Shown here: in pieces, positions 54,411 to 63,386 of the stretch
How positions within the stretch are numbered: position 1 is the first letter of the stretch
How the letters are laid out: the number at the start of each line of letters is the position of its first letter
Origin: Chitinophagales bacterium
GTDB taxonomy: Bacteria; Bacteroidota; Bacteroidia; Chitinophagales; LD1
Assembly (NCBI GenBank): GCA_044228435.1
Contig: JBGAUW010000011.1
Location: 69,812-133,811, forward strand
Reading direction: 5' to 3'
DNA: 64,000 bases
Made by a program: the position numbers and the translations under genes
Notes under the pieces: model-generated
What the model was told of the DNA's origin: nothing
The model's database searches: none
Seen by the model: the letters and a program-made list of their open reading frames with translations, nothing else

Positions 54411-56069
54411 ATGGAACCACTTTTTCAATTCGACTTACCAAAAGACCAGTCATCTATAATTAAGGTGTTTGGCGTAGGCGGCGGCGGAAGCAATGCCGTA
54501 AACCACATGTTTGACCAGGGTATAGTAGGCGTAAACTTCGTAGTGCTAAATACCGATGCACAGGCGCTTGATATGAGCCGTATACCTAATAAAATGCAGT
54601 TAGGGCCTGCTTTAACACAGGGTTTGGGTGCAGGTGCACGCCCGGAAGTAGGAGAGAAGAGCGCCGAAGAATCAATCGATTCTATCCGCGAGTTGCTTTC
54701 TAAAAACACAAAAATGATTTTTATTACCGCCGGTATGGGCGGTGGAACTGGTACCGGTGCTGCACCGGTGGTAGCACGTATAGCCCGCGAAATGGGTGTG
54801 CTTACCGTTGGTATTGTTACCACGCCGTTTTGGTTTGAGGGTAAAGCACGCTACAACCATGCTATTGAAGGCATTGAAAAGCTGCGTGAGAATGTTGATA
54901 CCCTGCTTATCATCAATAACGATAAGATACGCGAAATGTATGGCAACCTTAAACGCAGCGAAGCGTTTGGCCATGCCAACAATATATTAACCACAGCTGC
55001 CAAGGCTATATCGGAAATTATTACCGTGCCGGGCGAAATAAACGTGGATTTTGCCGATGTGCAAACCGTAATGAAGAATGGTGGTTCGGCTATAATGGGC
55101 TGCGCAACTGCCGAAGGCGAAGACCGTGCCCTGCGTGCAGCACAAGGCGCCTTAAACTCGCCGTTGCTGAACGATAACGAAATACGTGGTGCCAAAAAAG
55201 TATTGGTAAACATTACCACCGGCACTATGCAGGTTACCATGGACGAGATTGGCGAAATTATGGAATACGTGCAGGAAGCTGCCGGCAGCACCGATATTAT
55301 TTTGGGTGCCTGCGACGATCCTTCTTTAGGCGATAAACTTTCAGTTACACTTATTGCCACCGGTTTTGAAGTTGCCCGTAAAGCATCTGGCTTTATTGAG
55401 CAGAAGGTAGTAAAGGTATATGAGCTGAACGATAAGCCGTTGGTTAACGAAGTAGTGGCCCCCGTAGTAAACGTGGTAGCCCCTGTGGTAGAAGTAGCCC
55501 CGGTAACCAATATTGCCCCGCCATTAATGGATGAGCAGCCGGTAGTAAAGTTAGAAGAAGATGTTTACAGCCTGTTCGACCTTACAGAGGCTAATAATAA
55601 ATTAGAGAGCCTGCTAAACGAAACAGCTGCCAACGAAAATACTTTTGAGTTTGAAGTTACCCGCGAAGAGCAAAAACTGCCCGAAGTAGAAGTAACTATG
55701 AGCGTAGTAAAGGATGAGGTAGAACCTACCATTCAACCGGTAGCCGAAACCAAAGAAGAAGACTACGTGGTATACACCAAAAAAAGCTACGAGGCCAACT
55801 TGACCGCTTCGGTACAGCAAGATGACCTTAACCGCCAGTTAGAAGACCGCAAGAAAATTTTAGCGGGCCTTAGCTACCGTTTTGGCAGCAAGCAAAATGT
55901 AGGCGAGCTTGAAAACGAGCCGGCTTACAAAAGAAAAGGTTTAGAGCTAAATGGCGAAAGCAATTTTTCTACCAACAACGATTTATCAAGGTTCAGCGTT
56001 AGCGACGACGGTACTAACCGCCCCGAGATTAAAAAGAACAATTCGTTCTTGCATGATAACGTTGATTAA
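54411..56069 (+). CDS. ftsZ: Cell division protein FtsZ
   Basis: GVGGGGSNAV, GMGGGTGTG tubulin signature, INVDFADV, Bacteroidetes C-terminus EPAYKRKG...NSFLHDNVD. Confidence 0.98.
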   Translation: MEPLFQFDLPKDQSSIIKVFGVGGGGSNAVNHMFDQGIVGVNFVVLNTDAQALDMSRIPNKMQLGPALTQGLGAGARPEVGEKSAEESIDSIRELLSKNTKMIFITAGMGGGTGTGAAPVVARIAREMGVLTVGIVTTPFWFEGKARYNHAIEGIEKLRENVDTLLIINNDKIREMYGNLKRSEAFGHANNILTTAAKAISEIITVPGEINVDFADVQTVMKNGGSAIMGCATAEGEDRALRAAQGALNSPLLNDNEIRGAKKVLVNITTGTMQVTMDEIGEIMEYVQEAAGSTDIILGACDDPSLGDKLSVTLIATGFEVARKASGFIEQKVVKVYELNDKPLVNEVVAPVVNVVAPVVEVAPVTNIAPPLMDEQPVVKLEEDVYSLFDLTEANNKLESLLNETAANENTFEFEVTREEQKLPEVEVTMSVVKDEVEPTIQPVAETKEEDYVVYTKKSYEANLTASVQQDDLNRQLEDRKKILAGLSYRFGSKQNVGELENEPAYKRKGLELNGESNFSTNNDLSRFSVSDDGTNRPEIKKNNSFLHDNVD

Positions 56070-56170
56070 GATATAAAGATTCGGTTTTCTGAATTGGCAT
56101 TCATTCCAAATTCCACATTCATAATTCCGAATTAGTAAGAGTCTCTCCTTTGTTAGTGTGTCCAAAAATT

Positions 56171-56197
56171 CCCGGGTCGCTCGATCCGGGTTTTTTT
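56171..56197 (+). terminator. Rho-independent terminator after ftsZ
   Basis: CCCGGGTCG-ct-CGATCCGGG then T7. Confidence 0.75.
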
Positions 56198-56251
56198 ATG
56201 CCCGTACTTATCTGGAAAAAATTAGTGTAATTTGTGTCATAATACCTCCAC

Positions 56252-56686
56252 ATGGAAATCCACTTTGCCTCTACCGATGAACAACTTTTAAAATGCCGCA
56301 AAGCTATTTTAGAACTGCGCCCGCATATCTCCATTACCGAATACCTGGAGAAGGCAACCCTGCTATTAAGCGAAGGCGCTAAAATGATTTATGTAGATAA
56401 CGGAGCAGCCGATGCGCCTGCTGTATCGGTGTTTAGGGTAAACTATTATTTCTATCGCGGTAAAAACCTTTATATAGATGATTTAAGCACCATGGCCGCC
56501 GAGCGTGGCAAAGGCTATGCCGGCGCCCTGATTGATTTTATAATTGACTACGCGCGCGAGCAGGGGTGTGATAACATCCACCTCGATTCAGGCTATGGCA
56601 GCGATCGGTTTACGGCGCACCGCTTGTATCTCAATAAAGGCTTCTATTTGTCCAGTCACCATTTTACACTGGATTTGAAAAAATAG
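56252..56686 (+). CDS. GNAT-family N-acetyltransferase
   Basis: LELRPH, LYIDDLST...ERGKGYAGAL, IHLDSG, AHRLYLNKGF. Confidence 0.9.
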   Translation: MEIHFASTDEQLLKCRKAILELRPHISITEYLEKATLLLSEGAKMIYVDNGAADAPAVSVFRVNYYFYRGKNLYIDDLSTMAAERGKGYAGALIDFIIDYAREQGCDNIHLDSGYGSDRFTAHRLYLNKGFYLSSHHFTLDLKK

Positions 56687-56702
56687 GGAAAACAAAAAAA
56701 CG

Positions 56703-56870
56703 AGGTCATTGCGAGCGGTGCGGCTCTGCGCACCCGAAGCAATCCCCTAAGACAAAAGGCACAGATATCGCCAGAACTTCATAAGCGCTAATCTCAGAGG
56801 AGATTGCTTCACCCGCTCGCAAAGCCTCGGGGTTCGCAATGACCTAAACTTTGTGCGTGCTTCGCACGCG
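56703..56870. repeat. Direct repeat copy 1 (REP doublet plus terminal hairpin) left of GIY-YIG gene
   Basis: AGGTCATTGCGAG...GAAGCAATC [spacer] GATTGCTTC...TCGCAATGACCT + GTGCGTGCTTCGCACGC. Confidence 0.9.
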
Positions 56871-56906
56871 CTTTGTTATTAAAGGCATTTTTTTATTTTC
56901 ATTACT

Positions 56907-57203
56907 ATGCTTAATAGCGGCTGTGTTTACATAATGACTAACAAACACCATACAGTTTTATACATCGGTGTAACGTCTGATTTAATTGGGCGTGTTTATG
57001 AGCATAAAACTAAGGCCTTTCCAAATAGCTTTACTGCTAAGTATAATTGTAATAAGCTTGTTTATTATAATGGGTTTATGACTATAACCGAAGCAATTAA
57101 TGAGGAGAAGAGATTGAAGGGCGGTAGTAGGAAAAAGAAAATTGATTTGATAAACGCAATGAATCCAGAGTGGAAAGATTTATCGGATACTTTGTTTGGA
57201 TAG
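56907..57203 (+). CDS. GIY-YIG nuclease family protein
   Basis: CVYIMTN...LYIGVTSDL..RVYEHK, FTAKYNCNKLVYY, AINEEKRLK..SRKKKIDLINAMNPEWKDL. Confidence 0.93.
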   Translation: MLNSGCVYIMTNKHHTVLYIGVTSDLIGRVYEHKTKAFPNSFTAKYNCNKLVYYNGFMTITEAINEEKRLKGGSRKKKIDLINAMNPEWKDLSDTLFG

Positions 57204-57247
57204 CAATGTCAACAAATAGTGCGTGCGAAGCACGCACAAAAAAAATA

Positions 57248-57416
57248 AGGTCTTTGCGAGTGGTGCGGCTCTGCGCACCCGAAGCAATCCCCTAAGACAA
57301 AAGGCACAGATATCGCCAGAACTTCATAAGCGCTAATCTCAGAGGAGATTGCTTCACCCGCTCGCAAAACCTCGGGTTCGCAATGACCTGAAACTTTGTG
57401 CGTGCGAAGCACGCAC
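57248..57416. repeat. Direct repeat copy 2 right of GIY-YIG gene
   Basis: Near-identical to 56703-56870 including the internal spacer; additional GTGCGTGCGAAGCACGCAC hairpin at 57219-57237. Confidence 0.9.
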
Positions 57417-57424
57417 CTGGGGTT

Positions 57425-57886
57425 TTATTTCAACACCCCCACATGCCCTCTCAAATCCATTAAGAAATTTTGAACGGTTAAGTGGTAGCCGTTTTCTTTC
57501 GCCCATTTAGCTATATCGTGATTTAGCTGGTCGGCGTATTTTTTATGCACGGTAAACTCGCGCTTTTGTTCTTTATCGCTTACGCCAAACTCTCCTTCTT
57601 TGCCCAGTAATTCTTTATAAGCGCCGCAGTTGCGGTGTTCCAGAATATACACATCATGTATGTCATGTAAATCGCAGGCCAGTTTAAGGTGGTCGAAAAA
57701 GCTTTGGCGCCAGTTCTTGTTCTTCTCTATACCCAGCGATACACCGGCGGCAATGTATTGGTCGTAGCGGTTGGTCATATTGTCGGCTTCCATAAATTTC
57801 ACAATATTATCTACCAGGCGTAAGTCCATGCAGCTAACCAGTAATGCGTTTTTGCGTGCAGGCAGGTGTTGTAGGGTGTAGCTCAT
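57425..57886 (-). CDS. Beta-class carbonic anhydrase-like protein
   Basis: Zn ligand motifs SCMDLR (CxDxR) and EHRNCGAY (HxxC). Confidence 0.85.
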   Translation of the reverse strand: MSYTLQHLPARKNALLVSCMDLRLVDNIVKFMEADNMTNRYDQYIAAGVSLGIEKNKNWRQSFFDHLKLACDLHDIHDVYILEHRNCGAYKELLGKEGEFGVSDKEQKREFTVHKKYADQLNHDIAKWAKENGYHLTVQNFLMDLRGHVGVLK

Positions 57887-57970
57887 AGCATTTGTTTAGT
57901 TAAACAAGTATATAGGTAATAATTTAGTTGGCAAAAAGGAGGGGAGTAGTTTATAGGAAAAACTGAGGAA

Positions 57971-58076
57971 GCATGTCAGTCTGAACGCAGTCGAAGACAA
58001 GTGCTTCCGCCTGCGCAAATGACGCACTTCGACTACGCCCGCCTGAACGGAACGGGCAGACTCAGTGTGACATTTG
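57971..58076. repeat. REP-like palindromic doublet, copy 2 (with 23-nt insert)
   Basis: Reverse complement of 22908-22990 with extra CCGCCTGAACGGAACGGGCAGAC at 58039-58061. Confidence 0.85.
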
Positions 58077-58101
58077 CCTGGTTGGAATTGACAAATAGGG
58101 C

Positions 58102-58977
58102 TTACTCCAAAAAACTAATAATCTCATCAATCGCTTTTTTGCTGCGGATGATGGTGTTGTGGCCGGCCCCTTTTACGTTAAAGCTTTTTATTTGAGGGCG
58201 CAGGGCAAGGAACTTTTTAATATCGGGCAGCGATACTACTTCATCATCTTCATCGTATACCAGCAGCACTTTATCGGCCTTAATTTTCTCTTTGCGTTTA
58301 GCTAAATCCATGCTATCAATAGGCACTTTAAACTCTTCTTCCATGCCCTTAAAAAATATGCGCTGCATTTTTACCGGCACCTTTAGCATACTAAACACCT
58401 GCTCAAAAAAGCGGCCCGATGCAATAGGTATGGCTATCATTACCAGCCGGTTTACTATAATGTTATACTCCATTAATAAATACGCGCTGGCGGCACCGCC
58501 CATGCTGTGGCCTACTATGGCATAAGGCGTTCCTATTACATCTATCAGTTGCACCATGGCCTCTTTAAAGTGCAACAGGTTGCTGGTTTCGCCCTCGCTG
58601 CCACCGTGGGCCGGGCCATCAATAGCCACAACGCGGTAACCGTTTTCTACCAGGGCCGGTATCATTTTATAAAAATCCATAGCCATAGCATCCCAACCGT
58701 GTACTAATAATACCGTGCGGTGGCTGCTGCCCCACACATAGTATTTCATCTCTACTTTTTTATCCTTGTTTCTAAACTCGCTTACCATCAGCTTATGCTT
58801 ATGGGCTTTTTTCATCAGTGCTTTGTGGGGCGGACGCAGCACTCTTTTTTGCGGGGTAAACACCAGTTTAACCAATATATCAATAGCCGTTAGCGGCGCA
58901 ATGTTTCCTGCTACAGCAAAAAAGCGCTGCATCCATTTTACTTTTTGGGGTAAGCCCTGTTTTTTATTATCCGCCAT
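58102..58977 (-). CDS. Alpha/beta hydrolase
   Basis: LLVHGWD, IDGPAHGGS, nucleophile elbow GHSMGG, DEDDEVV, GAGHN. Confidence 0.9.
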   Translation of the reverse strand: MADNKKQGLPQKVKWMQRFFAVAGNIAPLTAIDILVKLVFTPQKRVLRPPHKALMKKAHKHKLMVSEFRNKDKKVEMKYYVWGSSHRTVLLVHGWDAMAMDFYKMIPALVENGYRVVAIDGPAHGGSEGETSNLLHFKEAMVQLIDVIGTPYAIVGHSMGGAASAYLLMEYNIIVNRLVMIAIPIASGRFFEQVFSMLKVPVKMQRIFFKGMEEEFKVPIDSMDLAKRKEKIKADKVLLVYDEDDEVVSLPDIKKFLALRPQIKSFNVKGAGHNTIIRSKKAIDEIISFLE

Positions 58978-59086
58978 GTTGAAGGAGTTGGAATATTGGA
59001 ATAATGGAAATCAAAAATGAAGGAAACAGGAATTCAGGAAATCGGGAATACAGGTATGAAGAAAAAATAAAAGGCATAGGCATGTT

Positions 59087-59821
59087 TTAGTAGATAGGTT
59101 TGTTTTTCTCTTGCTTGGCTATTTGCCCTTTGCCATAGTTAAACTTTTTATGGCGCGGGGCTTTGGTATTAACCTTAAGCAAAGTAACCGTTTTAATTTG
59201 CACAGGTGCTTTGGGCCTGTCGGCAGGGCCCGTTGGCATGGCTGCAATTTTATCCACTACATCCATACCTCTTACCACTTCGCCAAATACGGTGTATAGT
59301 GAATCTAAATGTGGTATGCCGCCCTCTGTTCTATAAACCTGTTTATGCTCTTCGGGTATTTCGTACCCCTTGCTGCGCAGCCTTGCTTTAATAAAGGCAG
59401 AATCGTTAGCGGGTTTGCCCTGCACAATATAAAACTGGCAGGCCGATGATGCTTTGGTGGGGTTATCATCGCGCGCCATGCCTAATGCGCCCCGCTTATG
59501 ATAATACCGGTCGGGCATTATTTCGGCGCGTACGGTATAGCCTAAATCGCCATCGCCTAAAGTGGCAGTATCGGTAGCATATTTGCTGGTAGGGTCGCCG
59601 CCCTGTATTACAAAGCCCTTAATAACACGATGGAACAAAAGCGAATCATAGTACCGCTGCTTAACCAGTTTAATAAAGTTATCGCGGTGCAGGGGTGTGC
59701 CATCGTATAAGGCAACTACTATGTTGCCATAGTTGGTTATAATTTTTGCGTGCTTACTTTGCGCAAATGAATGCCCGTAGCATAAGGCAAACAATAAAAT
59801 AAAAACGGTTTTAATGCGCAT
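59087..59821 (-). CDS. Cyclophilin-type peptidyl-prolyl isomerase (exported)
   Basis: TPLHRDNFIKL, FHRVIKGFVIQGGDP, HKRGALGMAR, SACQFYIVQG, YTVFGEVVRG; start 59821 chosen. Confidence 0.93.
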   Translation of the reverse strand: MRIKTVFILLFALCYGHSFAQSKHAKIITNYGNIVVALYDGTPLHRDNFIKLVKQRYYDSLLFHRVIKGFVIQGGDPTSKYATDTATLGDGDLGYTVRAEIMPDRYYHKRGALGMARDDNPTKASSACQFYIVQGKPANDSAFIKARLRSKGYEIPEEHKQVYRTEGGIPHLDSLYTVFGEVVRGMDVVDKIAAMPTGPADRPKAPVQIKTVTLLKVNTKAPRHKKFNYGKGQIAKQEKNKPIY

Positions 59822-60056
59822 ATAATTGAATGGTTGAAGGTACAAAGAAAATTGGTGTGGTGTTAGTGCTCTGATAAGATTATACCCTTATTTTTTGCTG
59901 TCGCCATCATCTTTTAGGGCAGTCATTTACTTATCCACTATTTAGGGTATGTGTAAATTTTTGACGCAGGCTTCTCTATTCCGAAAATTTCTATATTACC
60001 AACGAATTAGTACACTAACTATTCGCTTTTTAATTTAAGAACCCTAAACCCTGATT

Positions 60057-63000
60057 ATGAAACCACGCATTCTACTCAGTGCAATTTTCATTTTTGTTTC
60101 GGCTTTTATTTTCGCGCAGGATGTTACCATAAGTGGTAAAGTGCTGGATGATAAAAAGCAGCCTCTGCCCGGCGCTACAGTATTGGTAAAAGGAACTACC
60201 ATAGGTGTAACCACCGGCGATGATGGTACATATTCGATTAAAGTACCCGCCGATGCTAATACACTTGTAATAAGCTACATTGGTTTCGATAACCGTCAAA
60301 TTGCCATAGACCCTGCCAAAGGCAGTACGGTGGTAAATGTAAGCATGGCCTCATCGGATATAGGCCTAAACCAAGTGGTGGTTTCGGCCAGTAAGCGCAA
60401 GGAGAAGGTGTTGGATGCACCTGCCTCTATATCGGTTATAGGCACCGAAAAGCTGGAGCGGAATATTACTACCTCGCCGGTTGAACAGCTAAAAAGCACA
60501 CCGGGTGTAGATATTATGCGCACCGGGTTAGTTAGTAGCAACGTGGTAATACGGGGCTTTAATAATATATTTTCGGGTGCGGTGCTTAACGTGGTTGATA
60601 ACCGGATTGGCTCGGTGCCATCGTTGCGTATTAACGCTTACCAGTTGGTGCCAACCAGCAACCTCGATTATGATAGAATAGAAGTAGTGCGTGGCCCGGC
60701 TTCGGCTTTGTATGGCCCTAATGCTACATCGGGTGTGGTGCATATAATGACCAAATCGCCGTTAGACCAAAAGAATAAGTTTGAAACTACCGTGGCTATG
60801 ACCAGCGGTTTTACCGTGTTAGATAAAGATTACAAGCAGTTTAATAATGGCAGCAATATTTCAGGCAACATTATTAACCCCGAAATACGCCATAGCGGCC
60901 GTTTGTTGGATGGTAAACTGGGCTACAAGGTTTCGGGCAGTTATTTCCAGGCGCAGGATTACCCTAATTACGACCCACGCGAGCCATACGAAGGCGATAC
61001 GGTAATATTTGGCAGCGCCCGTAATGGCGAAGTGTTTAAACCCGATACCCTGCAACGCTTTACGCACGTAGATACTGGCGGGCGCACCATACTCGATTCG
61101 GCACGCCAGGATATTCGCGTATTCAATAAAGATTTTAGCATACGCAAGTATACCTTTGATGGCCGCATTGATATTAAGCCTATAAACGACATTACCATTA
61201 CTTTTAACGGAGGCCTTGCCGGTACGCGCAATGTTGAGTTAACCGGGCTTGGTGCCGCGCAGGGCGGTGCCGGTGGCCGCGGTTGGATTTATTGGTATTT
61301 TCAAACCCGCTTTAAGTGGAAAGATTTGTTTGTACAATACTTTATTAATAGCAGCGATGCGGGTAACACCTTCCTTATCCCGCAGTTAACGCCATCGGGC
61401 CGCGCATCGTATGGCTCTGATAATCCTTACCAGGTGCAATTGCTTATTGATAAAAGTAAAATGCACGTATTGCAGGTGCAGCATGCCTATAACCCTTTAG
61501 AGAACCTGCACTTTGTATATGGTATAGATGGCTTGTTTACCCGCCCCGATACCAAGGGTAGCATTAATGGCCGCTTTGAAACCCGCGATAATGTAAACCA
61601 GATAGGCGGTTACATACAGGGCGACTATGAGCCATTAAAGTGGTTAAAGTTAGTAGCTGCTATCCGTATAGATTATAACAGCATTGTAAAGAACGTAGCA
61701 GCCAGTCCGCGTGCGGCTATTGTGTTTAAGCCTAAAGAGGGCCACAACATACGTATTACCTACAACCGCGCCTTTGATTCGCCAACTACGCTTAATCAGT
61801 TTCTCGATTTATCGAACGGCTATATACCTAACGGCATTAATGTGCGCGGTATTGGTAACCCATATGGCTGGAACTATAAATACGACGACCAGGGACAAGT
61901 ACAATTTAGAACCGCACCCTGGAGGGCCGAAAGCGGCAATTGGGTTAGCTTTGGCGATAACAGTGTAAACAGCATGTTGTTCGACTCGCTGGTAAATTAT
62001 ACCAAAGCTACCTTTACCAAGGCACTGGGCGGCGACCAAAATGCGGCAAACTTAGCCGATGGCCTGGTTAACTCGGTGTTTGCCAGCATACAAGGTAACG
62101 GTACTGTAACCAATGCCCAGCAACTATCGGTTGATTATGCCAACCTGGCACAGCGCAAAAGCTTTGATACTATTGCGGTAAACAGCTTCCAGAACCTGAA
62201 GAAGATTAACAACTCGTTTACCCAAACTTTAGAGCTTGGCTACAAGGGCGTAATTGCCGGTAAGTTGAGCATACAGGTAGATGGTTACTGGACCCGCGTA
62301 AGCCAATATGTAAGTGCCCTTAGGTCGGCCTCGGGCGCGGTATTGTTAGACCATAAAAGTTACCTTGGTAGTGGCAGCTACGATAATGCAAGCGGCAATT
62401 ATATAATAGACCCTAACGGACAGCTTTATAAGAACCTTTACGCCAATGGTACCGATAGTACTTTAAATACACTGTTGTTGAGCGCACTGGATAACCAACC
62501 GGCGTTGCAGAACTCTGCTATAGTGCCATCGCTGCCGGGTACCGTATGGGATGAGTTGGTGGTACTATCTTACAACTTCCCGTTGGGTACCATTACTCCT
62601 AACGACGATCAGTTAATTAAATCAGACTATATATTAACCTACAAGAACGTGGGCCGCCTGGATGTGTTTGGTATAGACCTTGGGCTGCAATACGATGTAG
62701 TGCAAACCGAAGCGCATAACCTTACTTTAGGTGCTAACCTTAGCTGGGTAGATAAGGATAAGTTTACCCTTACCTCGGGCGAAACTATTTACCTGAATGC
62801 ACCTAAAATTAAAACCGGTTTTAATTACGACCACCTGCTTAAAAAGAGCGGCTTTGGCTATGGTTTTAACTTCCGGTACCAAATGGGCTACTATGCCAGC
62901 TCTTCTATATACGAGGGCGATGTTAAGCCTGCTTATTTATTAGATGCGCGTGTTAGCTACCGTCCGCCGTTTTACCCCGGCTTGTTGCTATCGGTTAACG

Positions 63001-63113
63001 TAAATAACTTAACTAACTACCAGTGGCAAAGCTTTCCGGGTACCCCTAAAATGGGTACAGCCTTTTTTGCCCGTGCACAGGTTACCTTTGGAAGCGGAAA
63101 TAAGAAGAAGTAA
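60057..63113 (+). CDS. TonB-dependent receptor with N-terminal carboxypeptidase-regulatory-like domain
   Basis: PLPGATVLVKGT, VVVSASKRKE..LDAPASISV plug, IEVVRGPASALYGPNA, C-terminal NNLTN...P.MG. Confidence 0.93.
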   Translation: MKPRILLSAIFIFVSAFIFAQDVTISGKVLDDKKQPLPGATVLVKGTTIGVTTGDDGTYSIKVPADANTLVISYIGFDNRQIAIDPAKGSTVVNVSMASSDIGLNQVVVSASKRKEKVLDAPASISVIGTEKLERNITTSPVEQLKSTPGVDIMRTGLVSSNVVIRGFNNIFSGAVLNVVDNRIGSVPSLRINAYQLVPTSNLDYDRIEVVRGPASALYGPNATSGVVHIMTKSPLDQKNKFETTVAMTSGFTVLDKDYKQFNNGSNISGNIINPEIRHSGRLLDGKLGYKVSGSYFQAQDYPNYDPREPYEGDTVIFGSARNGEVFKPDTLQRFTHVDTGGRTILDSARQDIRVFNKDFSIRKYTFDGRIDIKPINDITITFNGGLAGTRNVELTGLGAAQGGAGGRGWIYWYFQTRFKWKDLFVQYFINSSDAGNTFLIPQLTPSGRASYGSDNPYQVQLLIDKSKMHVLQVQHAYNPLENLHFVYGIDGLFTRPDTKGSINGRFETRDNVNQIGGYIQGDYEPLKWLKLVAAIRIDYNSIVKNVAASPRAAIVFKPKEGHNIRITYNRAFDSPTTLNQFLDLSNGYIPNGINVRGIGNPYGWNYKYDDQGQVQFRTAPWRAESGNWVSFGDNSVNSMLFDSLVNYTKATFTKALGGDQNAANLADGLVNSVFASIQGNGTVTNAQQLSVDYANLAQRKSFDTIAVNSFQNLKKINNSFTQTLELGYKGVIAGKLSIQVDGYWTRVSQYVSALRSASGAVLLDHKSYLGSGSYDNASGNYIIDPNGQLYKNLYANGTDSTLNTLLLSALDNQPALQNSAIVPSLPGTVWDELVVLSYNFPLGTITPNDDQLIKSDYILTYKNVGRLDVFGIDLGLQYDVVQTEAHNLTLGANLSWVDKDKFTLTSGETIYLNAPKIKTGFNYDHLLKKSGFGYGFNFRYQMGYYASSSIYEGDVKPAYLLDARVSYRPPFYPGLLLSVNVNNLTNYQWQSFPGTPKMGTAFFARAQVTFGSGNKKK

Positions 63114-63175
63114 AAGCATTTGCCAGTTAGCAAATAATGCAACAGCCAAATGCGGTTACGTAACAACAGATGCAA

Positions 63176-63223
63176 TTTAAACAACAAATCTGGCCGCATA
63201 TAGCGCCGGATTTGTTGTTTAAA
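63176..63223. terminator. Bidirectional-type hairpin between convergent genes
   Basis: TTTAAACAACAAATCTGG ... CCGGATTTGTTGTTTAAA. Confidence 0.6.
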
Positions 63224-63238
63224 ACAGTTGTTAAAATA

Positions 63239-63324
63239 AAATCATGGTTAACACTTTTTCGGGTGTTAACCTTTTAAAATGCTCATAATCAATGCCTTTT
63301 TTTGGCCGTGTTAACCATGATTTG
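63239..63324. repeat. Inverted repeat pair with ATGGTTAAC core
   Basis: AAATCATGGTTAACAC / GTGTTAACCATGATTT (16 bp). Confidence 0.55.
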
Positions 63325-63386
63325 TTTTTAACAATTCAATGCATGGTATAGGGAATAAGAAGTTGCGGTGGCACAAAAATGACTGC

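Noticed and set aside
55380-55900. Long acidic/Val-Pro linker in FtsZ (and extended FtsA tail at ~51970-52260)
   Set aside because: Long variable C-terminal linkers are typical of Bacteroidota FtsZ/FtsA.
33786-56069. Absence of murF and ddl from the dcw cluster
   Set aside because: Normal for Bacteroidota, where these genes are usually elsewhere.
56703-57416. CRISPR array
   Set aside because: Only two long repeats with an identical internal spacer, and no cas genes; no CRISPR-like repeat-spacer periodicity seen anywhere in the window.
59931-59939. Isolated TTATCCACT DnaA-like box
   Set aside because: Single 1-mismatch site, expected by chance.
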